64,000 nt of DNA. It comes from Myxococcota bacterium. GTDB taxonomy: Bacteria > Myxococcota_A > UBA9160 > UBA4427. Below are positions 29,101 through 36,778 of this stretch, piece after piece. Position numbers and translations under genes: made by a program. Each line of letters opens with the position of its first letter. Positions within the stretch are counted from its first letter, which is position 1. The notes beneath the pieces are model-generated. The model was not told the DNA's origin, did not search any database, and saw only the letters and a program-made list of their open reading frames with translations. The DNA is taken from NCBI GenBank assembly GCA_036336835.1, contig JAYZFK010000034.1, forward strand, positions 18,432-82,431. The letters are read 5' to 3'.

Positions 29101-29223
29101 TCGACCGGAGTCACGCTCTTCCTGGTGCCCGCGCTCTACGTCACTGCCAACGACTGGACCCGGCGCTTCGCGATCTGGCGCGCGCGGCGGCGAGGCGAAG
29201 CCGCGATCGAGGCCGCCGCCTGA
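26107..29223 (+). CDS. Efflux RND transporter permease (AcrB/HAE family)
   Basis: 1038 aa. 'FFVERHLLVNMITLGVIGLG' N-terminus, duplicated 6-TM halves with large periplasmic loops, and 'LVDDAVVVAE'. Confidence 0.95.
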   Translation: MERLIRFFVERHLLVNMITLGVIGLGVISALRIDVEGIPAIDFPSFIITANLPGASARDIEAKITIPLEEALEEVDGLDHYTSEITKNRSVTTVELDDDTPRDDILEKEREIRAAIDGVANFPPEMVDDPLIIRIDPSKQPVFEYALAGPAELLPEVADRIERRMRRVPEIGDVGVVGLPDPEMRVLVDPDLARAHGVALLDVVQALEQRNVSATGGSLETASARRQVVLWGRFGTVDQVGDVILRFDPREGVVRVRDVARVELGREDTGLIASTNGRAGVSLIPQKKRRADLIRSHAGLVAAVENEPLPEGVTATIVNDSSFDIRNRLEIIANNGLMGIALVALIVFIFLAPSAATWVCMGVPLVILGVIALMPWFGMTANFMSTTAFVVILGLLVDDAVVVAEKILLKRQDGLSASEAAIQGTTEVARPVITAAITTLLAFAPLIAIGGFPGKIIWQLPAVVVIALALSLLESFLILPPHMSMVRSDTRPRPKRQFILRLEAGYRSLLERWLPKRGRIIAIFAAGFLAIMLGIAPRMQFQFFPQEDSRAVYLKVKTPIGTPIERTEAVLDAIGQQILRLMGDALEGLTARVGHQDPLGLGRDYGSAENEGLVSAYIDPTNKQRSAAEWIVYLKQHVGIPDDAEVLFEAAVDGPPGLEPINVFVLANDDATRRQVSREVHDYLSGVPGVVDLDIDERPGMRELDLNLDYEKLALLGLDASSVGRTLQAAFYGLIATEIRDIDDTIDVRVLFEPAARGSLDALLDTSVRNDHGELVRLRDVVRPVETPSLSAIHHRDGLRAANVTGGFGPDSPVTASSLAALMERDLLPRYAGRSDVEIELSGEVVQSRRAMGDLGLVFALSVMGIGAVIAIMLGSFLEAFFVLAVVPFSVAAVTLAMFAHGKHFSLLAVIGAIGLSGVVVNSSIVMIDAVHRAQLRAGADEQRRTRAMIDALVGRLRPILVTSLSTLCGVMPTAYGFGGYDQIMSPLSLAIGWGLALSTGVTLFLVPALYVTANDWTRRFAIWRARRRGEAAIEAAA

Positions 29224-29240
29224 CGCCCGCGCCCAACCGG

Positions 29241-30017
29241 CTAGATATCGCCGAAGTCTCCGTGTCGGCCGCGGCCACTCGCAAAGCGCGCCGCGCCCTC
29301 GGCCGTCTCGCCGGACTCGATCACCTCGATGCCGCGCCGCGTCTCGGCCCGCAACGCGTCGTCGAGCCCGAGCGACCATTGCTCGTACGATGACAGTCGG
29401 TCGCTGCGCAGACAAAGCTGGGGGAACGCGGCAAGCGAACGCCCCAGATCGCAAGCCGCTTCGAGTGCCGTCCCCGACTCGACCAGCCGGTTCGCAAGCC
29501 CCATCCGAAGCGCCTCCTCGCCCGACACGCCGCGTCCGGTCAGGATCAGGTCGAGCGCATGGCTGTGGCCCAGCATGCGCGATAGCCGGATCGTCCCACC
29601 GTCCACCAGGGGCACGCCCCAGCGCCGGCAGTAGACACCGAAGACCGCGTCGCGGGCCGCCACCCGCAGGTCGCACCAGACCGCGAGCTCGAGCCCGCCG
29701 GCCACGGCGTGGCCCTCGACGGCCGCGATGACCGGCTTGGTGAGCAGCATGCGCGTCGGCCCCATCGGGCCGTCGCCGTCCTCGCCCACTCGGTTCGCGG
29801 TGCGCCCCTCGCTCAGCGCCTTCAAATCGGCCCCTGCACAGAAGCAGCCGCCCGCTCCGGACAGGACCGCGACCGCGAGATCACCGTCGTCCTCGAACTG
29901 GCGAAACGCGTCCGCCAGCTCCTCGGCCGTCGCGCGGTCGACGCAGTTGCGAACCTTGGGACGATCGATGGTGACGAGCGCGAGCGGCCCGTCGGTCTCG
30001 AAGCGAATGTTGGCCAC
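29241..30017 (-). CDS. Enoyl-CoA hydratase/isomerase (crotonase) family
   Basis: 'GAGGCFCAGADLK' and 'AAVEGHAVAGGLELA'. Start placed at GTG 30017 ('VANIRFETDGPLALVTIDRP') with a GGAGGGG-type RBS upstream. The extra 44 aa of the track ORF look non-coding. Confidence 0.9.
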   Translation of the reverse strand: MANIRFETDGPLALVTIDRPKVRNCVDRATAEELADAFRQFEDDGDLAVAVLSGAGGCFCAGADLKALSEGRTANRVGEDGDGPMGPTRMLLTKPVIAAVEGHAVAGGLELAVWCDLRVAARDAVFGVYCRRWGVPLVDGGTIRLSRMLGHSHALDLILTGRGVSGEEALRMGLANRLVESGTALEAACDLGRSLAAFPQLCLRSDRLSSYEQWSLGLDDALRAETRRGIEVIESGETAEGAARFASGRGRHGDFGDI

Positions 30018-30078
30018 GCTGGCCCCTCCCCGGTGTGAGGCTTTGATAATGTAGGCCTTCCCTTCCAGGAGAACTGCG

Positions 30079-31656
30079 ATGCAGGTACCCCTGCTGGTAA
30101 CCGACTTCCTCCGCCGCGCCGCCGCACTGTATCCCGACAAGCTCGCCATCGTCGACGGAACGAATCGCTACACGTACACCGACTTCGAGCGCCGCACCAA
30201 CCAGCTTTCGCACGCCCTGCTGGATCTGGGTCTCGGCCGGGGCGACCGCGTCTGCATGCTGAGCCCCAACTCGCACTTCTTCCTCGAGAGCTTCTATGCC
30301 ACCAGTCAGCTCGGAATCATCCTGGTCCCGCTGAACTACCGGCTGGCGGCGAGCGAGCACGAGTACATCCTGAACCACGCGGGCGTGCGCGCCGTACTCG
30401 TCGACTGGGAGTACACCGACATGATCGACACCATCCGGCCAAAGCTCGACACGGTCGAGCATTGGGTCGTGGCCAAGGACCGCGGCGACACACCTGCCGG
30501 CTGGACCGACTGGGAGGAGTGGATCGGAGTGGCCCCCGCGACCCGGCCGGCACGCGTCGAGCTCGACGAGAACGAGCTCGTCTCGCTCAACTACACGTCC
30601 GGGACGACCGCGCGACCCAAGGGCGTGATGCTCACGCACCGCAACGCCTACATCAACGCGTACAGCATGATCGCTCACCTCGGGGTGCGTCACGAGGACG
30701 TCGAGCTGTGGACGCTGCCGATGTTCCACTGCAACGGCTGGGGCGGCGTGTACGCGCTCACGGGGGTCGGCGGTACGCACGTGGTCCTGCGCGCCGTCGA
30801 TGGCAAGGCGATCTTCGACCTGATCGAGCGGGAGCGGGTGACGTTCGCGTGCATGGCCCCCGCCGTATTGCGAACGATCCTCGACTATCCGGACCGCGAA
30901 CGACACGAGATCACCACGCGCCCGCGCTTCACCGTCGCCGGCGCCCCGCCGCCTGCGGCCTTCATCGAGCGGCTGGAGGGGGAGCTCGGCTGGGAGTTCT
31001 TGCAGATCTACGGTCTGACGGAGACTGCGCCGCTGCTCACCATCTCGGCACCCGATCACCAGACCGAGGCCTCGGACTGGTCTCGGCGCTCCCGCGCTGG
31101 TGTGCCCTGCATCGGTGTCGAGATCCGCGTGGTAGACGACGCTGGCAACGACGTGCCGAAGGACGGCGCCACGATCGGCGAGGTGTGCGCGCGCAGCAAC
31201 GTGGTATTCACGGGCTACTGGGAACAGCCCGAGCAGACCAACGCGGCGATCGTCGATGGCTGGTTCCACACGGGCGATCTCGGCGTCTGGGACGAGTTCG
31301 AGAACGTGAACATCGTCGATCGCAAGAAGGACGTGATCATCTCGGGCGGCGAGAACATCAGCTCCCCCGAGGTCGAGGACGCGCTCTACCAGCACGAGGC
31401 AGTGCTCGAGTGCGCGGTCATCGGCGTCCCGCACGAGAAGTGGGGCGAGACCCCGAAGGCCCTGGTGGTGTTGCGCGAAGGACACCGCGCCGGTGAGAGC
31501 GAGCTGATCGCATTCTGCCGTGAGCTCCTCGCGCACTTCAAGTGTCCGACGTCCGTCGAGTTCGTCGACGAGCTGCCGCGCACCGCCACGGGCAAGCTCA
31601 AGAAATTCAAGCTGCGCGAGCAGTACTGGACTCACACCGAGCGACACGTCAACTGA
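30079..31656 (+). CDS. Acyl-CoA synthetase (AMP-forming adenylating enzyme)
   Basis: 'YTSGTTARPKGV', 'GLTE', 'FHTGDLG' and 'TATGKLKK'. 525 aa. Confidence 0.9.
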   Translation: MQVPLLVTDFLRRAAALYPDKLAIVDGTNRYTYTDFERRTNQLSHALLDLGLGRGDRVCMLSPNSHFFLESFYATSQLGIILVPLNYRLAASEHEYILNHAGVRAVLVDWEYTDMIDTIRPKLDTVEHWVVAKDRGDTPAGWTDWEEWIGVAPATRPARVELDENELVSLNYTSGTTARPKGVMLTHRNAYINAYSMIAHLGVRHEDVELWTLPMFHCNGWGGVYALTGVGGTHVVLRAVDGKAIFDLIERERVTFACMAPAVLRTILDYPDRERHEITTRPRFTVAGAPPPAAFIERLEGELGWEFLQIYGLTETAPLLTISAPDHQTEASDWSRRSRAGVPCIGVEIRVVDDAGNDVPKDGATIGEVCARSNVVFTGYWEQPEQTNAAIVDGWFHTGDLGVWDEFENVNIVDRKKDVIISGGENISSPEVEDALYQHEAVLECAVIGVPHEKWGETPKALVVLREGHRAGESELIAFCRELLAHFKCPTSVEFVDELPRTATGKLKKFKLREQYWTHTERHVN

Positions 31657-31816
31657 CAGCCGCCGGACCACCGGCCGGGCCAGCCCGCACTCGGCTGCAG
31701 GGCCTCTCCTCCTGGAGTGGTCGAGAGAGAGCCGCCCATTGCCGGGGGACGGTGTAGGATCGCGTTCGGCCGCACCAGAACCTGGGCGGCACCAGCTTCC
31801 GGCGATCGGAGACCTC

Positions 31817-34234
31817 GTGGACGACACCAGACCCCGGGCTGAAATCCTGGCCGAGCTCGAGGCCTTGCGCGCGGAGATCGACGCACTCGCCCGTTGGCAA
31901 CACCACACTAGCGACCCCGCCAGCACACTGGGGTTCTCGGAAACCGTCGCCCGATTCCGGGAGCTGATCCGATCACTCGGCATCTGGCTGCTCGACATCG
32001 ACTCGCAGGGCTGCATCGTCGGGTGCGGTACGACGTCCCGCGAGCTGATCGGCAAGCCAGCCGCCCCGCTGGTCGGCATGCCCGGCAGCGAGCTGGTCCA
32101 CCCCGACGAGAAGATCGCGCTGGAGTCATTCGTCGCCGGGCACCAGACCCGAGCATCGCAGCGCTTCCGAATCCGCCATGACAACGGCGAGTGGCGCCAC
32201 TTCGAGTTGCAGATGTCCTCGGGCGTCCGCGCAGACGGGAGCGGCCCCCGGCTGATCTTTGCCCGCAATGTGACCGCTGAGCACGACGTCGTCCGTGAGC
32301 TGCGGAGCAGCCAGGACCGCTATCGAACGCTGGCCGAGAACATGACCGATCTGATCGTCGAGATCGATTCCGCGGGTCGCTTCCTGTACGTGAGCCCCAG
32401 CTGCGAGGAGTTGATCGGCTACACGCCGGAGCAGCTGCTGGGCAGCGACGTCGAATCGATCCTCAGAGAAAATCAGATCCAGACCGACGAGCGTGACCAG
32501 CTGCTCGACGGCTTCCGGAACCAGGTTCAGGCCCGTGGAGAGGGCGGACGACGCATCTATCGCGTCCGGCACACGGACGGACGCCAGCTCTGGCTCGACA
32601 GCCGCGCGCGTACCTACCGCACTGCGAACGGTGCGATTCACGCGGTCGTGATCTCGCGTGACGTCACGGAACTGGTCGCCGCACAGGGCGATCTCGCGGA
32701 TCTCGAGAAACGCTATGCGATGCTGGGCGAGACGAGCCGAGACCTGATTACAGAGATTGGCCCCGAGGGCACCTTCGTCTACTTGAGTCCCAACGCGCGC
32801 GCTCTGCTGGGCTACGAGCCCGAGGAGCTGATCGGCACCCCTCCCATGGACCTGGCCCACCCCGCGGATCGCGACCGGGTACTCAATGATTTCGCACCCG
32901 CTCCCGAAACCCCCCAGGTCGCGTTCACACCACCCTACCGCTGCCGCCTGAAGGACGGCAGCTATCGCTGGTTCGAGGGCAGCGGGACGAGCTACACGCG
33001 TCCCGACAGCGGCGAAACCTATACGATCGGCCTGCTTCGAGACGTGCACGAGCGTGTCAACAAACGCGAAGCAGAGCGGGCCCTCGAGGAGCGAGTCCAG
33101 CGCGCGCAGCGCCTCGAGGGGCTCGGTGTGATGGCCGGCGGGATCGCCCACGACTTCAACAACCTGCTCACGCCGATTCTCGGCCAGTCGAGCCTCGCGC
33201 TGATGGATCTGCCGGAGAACACGGAACTCCACGAGCGGATCGAGAAGGTCCGCAACGCGGCGCGTCGCGCCGCGAAGCTCACCAACCAGATGCTGGCCTA
33301 CGCCGGCGCTGGCCCGCTGCTGTTCGAGGCCACGGATCTCAGCGAGCTCGTGCGCGAGATGGGCCAGCTACTCGAGAGTACGGTGTCCGGCAAGGCCGTA
33401 ATCCACTTCGAGCTGGCTGACGAACTCGCGCCGATCGAAGCGGACGGCGCACAGATCAGCCAGGTGGTGATGAACCTGATCGCGAATGCCGCCGAGGCGG
33501 TGGGGGACGGCAACGGGACGATTTCGGTTCGAACGCGGAGGCTGCCTGGCAGCGCGATCAACAAGGGCGATCTGGTGCTCGGAGAGGCCGATCCCGCCCT
33601 CTCCTACGTCTGCTTCGAGGTCGAGGACACCGGAGTCGGCATGGATTCCGCGACGCGGTCGCGCATCTTCGATCCGTTCTTCACCACCAAGTTCACCGGC
33701 CGCGGCCTTGGACTCGCCGCGGTGCTCGGCATCGTGCGCGGTCACGATGGCGCGATCGAGCTCGACACGGAGCAAGGACGCGGCACAAGGTTCCGTGTCC
33801 TGCTGCCGCCCTATACGCTCGGCGAGCCCGCGCTGGCCGAGAGCAGCACCGCCAGTACCTGGAGCAGCTCGGGATTCATCCTGTTGGCGGACGACGACGC
33901 CGGCGTGCGCGATCTCTCCGTGGAAACGCTCGAGCGCTGTGGCTTCACTGTCCTGATTGCGCGCAACGGGCGCGAAGCACTCGAGCAGTTCGATCAGTAC
34001 GGGGACCAGATCCGCGCCGTACTCCTCGACCGCACGATGCCCATCGTGAGCGGCGAGGAAACATTCGCAACACTGCGACGGAAGCGTCCGTATCTTCCGG
34101 TCATCATCGTGAGCGGCTATTCCGAGGAGAGCGCCACACTGGCGATTGCCGAAAACCGACCCGACGGCTTCCTCAAGAAGCCGTTCCAGCCCGAGGTCCT
34201 GATCGAGACGATCCGCAAGGTGCTCGACGACTAG
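31817..34234 (+). CDS. Hybrid sensor histidine kinase with three PAS-like modules and a C-terminal receiver
   Basis: GTG 31817 with GGAGA upstream. Repeated PAS-like blocks, H-box 'GGIAHDFNNLL', N/G boxes 'VMNLIANAAEA', 'DTGVGM', 'GRGLGLA', and a receiver domain ('LLADDD', 'VLLDRTMP', 'KKPF'). Confidence 0.85.
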   Translation: MDDTRPRAEILAELEALRAEIDALARWQHHTSDPASTLGFSETVARFRELIRSLGIWLLDIDSQGCIVGCGTTSRELIGKPAAPLVGMPGSELVHPDEKIALESFVAGHQTRASQRFRIRHDNGEWRHFELQMSSGVRADGSGPRLIFARNVTAEHDVVRELRSSQDRYRTLAENMTDLIVEIDSAGRFLYVSPSCEELIGYTPEQLLGSDVESILRENQIQTDERDQLLDGFRNQVQARGEGGRRIYRVRHTDGRQLWLDSRARTYRTANGAIHAVVISRDVTELVAAQGDLADLEKRYAMLGETSRDLITEIGPEGTFVYLSPNARALLGYEPEELIGTPPMDLAHPADRDRVLNDFAPAPETPQVAFTPPYRCRLKDGSYRWFEGSGTSYTRPDSGETYTIGLLRDVHERVNKREAERALEERVQRAQRLEGLGVMAGGIAHDFNNLLTPILGQSSLALMDLPENTELHERIEKVRNAARRAAKLTNQMLAYAGAGPLLFEATDLSELVREMGQLLESTVSGKAVIHFELADELAPIEADGAQISQVVMNLIANAAEAVGDGNGTISVRTRRLPGSAINKGDLVLGEADPALSYVCFEVEDTGVGMDSATRSRIFDPFFTTKFTGRGLGLAAVLGIVRGHDGAIELDTEQGRGTRFRVLLPPYTLGEPALAESSTASTWSSSGFILLADDDAGVRDLSVETLERCGFTVLIARNGREALEQFDQYGDQIRAVLLDRTMPIVSGEETFATLRRKRPYLPVIIVSGYSEESATLAIAENRPDGFLKKPFQPEVLIETIRKVLDD

Positions 34235-34431
34235 CCGGCCCCGGAATCGAGAGCAGCGCAAAGGCCTAGCGATCGCGACCGGCGAGCTACCGACCGACCG
34301 ACCGGAGATGCCGAGTCCGCGCCCTCGCTCGCGAACGCTTGCGGAGCGACCGCGCGGCGATCTCGAGCTCCTGGTCGAGGACGCCATGCGGGTGGAGGAC
34401 GACCCCAGGGCGATCGTTCGGCTCGCGCTGT

Positions 34432-35526
34432 TCAGCCGGCGTCGACCGTGCGCTGTCCGAGCAGGTTGAGCTTGAACTTGCGAATGACCGCGGGCTCGAT
34501 CCGCACGCCCTTCTCGTCCTCGAAGAACAGCGCGTCCTTCGGACATTGCACGACACAGGCGCCGCAACGGACACAACGGTCGTCGTGGGCCAGCTCGACC
34601 TTGCGCTCTCCTTCCCGCTTCTCGAAGCAGGCTTCGGGACACACCTCCCAGCAGCGGTACACGCCCTCGCAGCGCTCGGGGTCGAGCGTGATGCTCCACT
34701 CCCGCTGCTCGAAGTGGCTGCTGCCTTCGAGCGGGGTGCTGCCCGCGTAGTCGAACGTCAGGAGGAAGCCGATCACGCCGGGCAGCAGCGCAGCAGCCAC
34801 CAGCGCCGGCGCTCCCCCGCCTGCAAGAAACGTCCCGAGCACGGCCAGCGCCGAGCTCACCAGGACGAGAACCGGGCGGCGCGCGCTGCCGAGGCGGTCG
34901 TACAGGGTGAAGACCGCGACCGACATCGCGGCGATCAGAGCGATGACCGGCAGCGCCCAACCAGGTTGCAGCCAGAGTGCGATGCCTCCCGCGATGAGGG
35001 CCGCTGGGACGCCCCACATCGCGGCCATCTCGAGCCGCTCCGAGAGTGAGAAGCGGACGCGGCGCATCGCGTCGGTCTTCTCGCTCGTGGCGAGATACTC
35101 CGGCAGATCGCTCGCGCTCACCGGACCGAAGGCGACCTTCCAGCGGCAGCGGCGGAACACCTCGAGCGCCGTCACGCCCGTGGCGGCCAGCTGCGGGAGG
35201 ATCACCCGGCGATGCTTCACCCGCTCAGCGATTCCCGAGGTCTTGAGCACGGTCACGACCTGGTGCGTCGAGAGATGGCCGCCGGCCGCCGCGCACCACA
35301 CGTTGATTCCGCCCGAGGGCGCCACCAACAGCCACGCGTCGTGCCCTTCGAGCGCTCGAGCCAGCCGCCTCACTGTCAGGTCGTAGTTCCCGGTCAGCAG
35401 CACCGGGCTCGTCTCGTCGGGCTCGCCCAGGCGTCGTAGGCCGGGCTGGGTGGGCCACGGCGCGAAGCGAAACGCAGTCTGCAGCAGCTCGAGGCACCCG
35501 TCGCGGCATCGCGCGCCGATCGTCAT
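34432..35526 (-). CDS. Fused HgcA/HgcB-like protein: corrinoid-binding (CdhD/CFeSP-like) domain + 4 TM helices + ferredoxin-like domain
   Basis: The N-terminal domain is collinear with HgcA ('SPVLLTGNYDLT', 'DAWLLVAPSGGINVWCAAAGG', 'HRRVILPQLAATGV', 'MRRVRFSLSERLE'). Hydrophobic helices span about aa 166-260. C-terminal 'CEGVYRCWEVCPEAC' plus canonical 'CVRCGACVVQCP'. SD-like AAGGGAG lies upstream of ATG 35526. Confidence 0.8.
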   Translation of the reverse strand: MTIGARCRDGCLELLQTAFRFAPWPTQPGLRRLGEPDETSPVLLTGNYDLTVRRLARALEGHDAWLLVAPSGGINVWCAAAGGHLSTHQVVTVLKTSGIAERVKHRRVILPQLAATGVTALEVFRRCRWKVAFGPVSASDLPEYLATSEKTDAMRRVRFSLSERLEMAAMWGVPAALIAGGIALWLQPGWALPVIALIAAMSVAVFTLYDRLGSARRPVLVLVSSALAVLGTFLAGGGAPALVAAALLPGVIGFLLTFDYAGSTPLEGSSHFEQREWSITLDPERCEGVYRCWEVCPEACFEKREGERKVELAHDDRCVRCGACVVQCPKDALFFEDEKGVRIEPAVIRKFKLNLLGQRTVDAG

Positions 35527-35530
35527 GCCC

Positions 35531-36187
35531 TCACGCTCCCTTGTGTGCGACCGCCAGGCTCAGCGTTCCCATCAGCCAGCTGCGTGGCTCTGCGAGCGAC
35601 AAGCCTGTCGCGCGAAGTTCGCTTTGCAGGTCCGGGATGGGACGCGACACGGAGCCCACCAGGAGCCAGCCAGCGGCCGCCTGCGGAACGCGCATCACTC
35701 CCTGCAACACGCGCCTCCAGCCCGAGGGAGCTCGGACCTCGTCGGCGACGACCAGGCGTCCGCCCGGCGCCAGGCAGCGGGCCGCCTGGGCGAGGACGAA
35801 GGCTCGCTCGCTCGGCGACATGTCCGAGAGGCACAGGCTCAGCACGACGGCCTGGTAGCTCCCGGCAGCGAAACGATCGATCTCCGCAGCGGTCTGCTCG
35901 ATCCACTCGACCTCCACCGCCGGGGCGCCGAGTCGCGACCTGGACTGCTCGAGCATCTCCGGGGCCTGGTCGATCGCGGTCACGCGCGCACCCCGCTCGA
36001 GCATCAGCGCCGTGACCGTTCCCGTTCCGCAGCCGACCTCGAGAACGCGGTCACCCAGCGAGACGACCGCAGCCCCTGCGACCGCCGCGTGGAGTCGGCC
36101 GACCCGCCCGAAGGTGAGCGCCTGCATGCCGGCGTCGTAGCGCCCGGGTGAGCCCTCGAGCCAGCGCATGAGCGCGAGCGAGCTCAC
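35531..36187 (-). CDS. Class I SAM-dependent methyltransferase
   Basis: Motif I 'VLEVGCGTGTVT', post-I 'VTAIDQAPEM' and 'LAPGGRLVVAD'. 218 aa. GTGA overlap with the upstream TetR gene. Stop lies 4 nt before the HgcAB-like start. Confidence 0.85.
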   Translation of the reverse strand: MSSLALMRWLEGSPGRYDAGMQALTFGRVGRLHAAVAGAAVVSLGDRVLEVGCGTGTVTALMLERGARVTAIDQAPEMLEQSRSRLGAPAVEVEWIEQTAAEIDRFAAGSYQAVVLSLCLSDMSPSERAFVLAQAARCLAPGGRLVVADEVRAPSGWRRVLQGVMRVPQAAAGWLLVGSVSRPIPDLQSELRATGLSLAEPRSWLMGTLSLAVAHKGA

Positions 36188-36765
36188 GCTCGAACCATCC
36201 GGTGCATCGCGTCGACCAGGGCATCAGCGAGCACGTCTGGCTCGGGGAACCCGCGCGAATCGACGAAGTACTGCAGCAGCAGCCCGTCGATCGCACCGAT
36301 CACGATCGACGACAACACCCCTGCATCGGGCTGTGCCACAACGCTGCCGTCGCGCTGACCCTCGGCGATGACGGCTGCCAGCTCGCGGCGGAGCCCGCGG
36401 AAGTACGAGCGGAGCCGGCTCGCACCCTCCATCCGCAGATCGAGAATCATGCGGCCAAACTCGGCCCACTCCGGAAAGAGCGCAGCGCAGGCGCGCGAGA
36501 GCGACTCGAGGCGCGCGAGCGGGGCTCCCTCGCTGCGCAGACAGACGCGAAACAGCTCCCGCTCCTGCCCGAGCAGCTCGTTCAGCATGTCGCTCAGCAG
36601 CGCTTCCTTGTCGGCGTAGTAGTGGTAGAGGCTGGATCGGCCCATCCGCGCCTCCTGCGCAACGTGCGCGAGGCCGGTGCCGCGAACACCCCGCCGCGCG
36701 AAGACGCGCCGCGCCGCAGCGCGGATCTCCACTCGCTGGCTGGCGGCATCTACGATCTTCGGCAC
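36184..36765 (-). CDS. TetR/AcrR family transcriptional regulator
   Basis: HTH 'TGLAHVAQEARMGRSSLYHYYADKEAL'. 193 aa. GTG start at 36765. Confidence 0.9.
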   Translation of the reverse strand: MPKIVDAASQRVEIRAAARRVFARRGVRGTGLAHVAQEARMGRSSLYHYYADKEALLSDMLNELLGQERELFRVCLRSEGAPLARLESLSRACAALFPEWAEFGRMILDLRMEGASRLRSYFRGLRRELAAVIAEGQRDGSVVAQPDAGVLSSIVIGAIDGLLLQYFVDSRGFPEPDVLADALVDAMHRMVRA

Positions 36766-36778
36766 GCCGCGAGTCTAG

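Noticed and set aside
30018-30149. N-terminal 44-aa extension of the enoyl-CoA hydratase ORF (ATG 30149).
   Set aside because: The extension ('MASLSGYSAAARRRKSVTSRGTCIAVLL...') would overlap the divergent acyl-CoA synthetase start. Crotonases normally begin close to 'xxIxxExxGxVxxITLNRP'. GTG 30017 with a GGAGG-like RBS fits that.
31520-31816. Upstream part of the histidine-kinase ORF overlapping the acyl-CoA synthetase 3' end.
   Set aside because: The region translates to Ser/Arg/Pro-rich sequence and overlaps a confident gene in another frame. GTG 31817 with an upstream GGAGA is a more plausible start.
34291-34302. Micro-tandem repeat (CGAC)3 in the convergent intergenic region between the kinase and the HgcAB-like gene.
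   Set aside because: Only three units (12 nt). It is too short to call a repeat element, and there is no flanking structure or recurrence elsewhere in the window.
34432-35526. Calling this gene a bona fide mercury methylase (hgcA/hgcB).
   Set aside because: Only the 'NVWCAA' core of the cap helix is kept, and Lys and neighbouring consensus residues are replaced. The protein is a fusion. The first ferredoxin motif is non-canonical and the HgcB C-terminal Cys pair is absent. As far as I recall, fused homologues that were tested did not methylate Hg. It is reported as HgcAB-like with unknown substrate.
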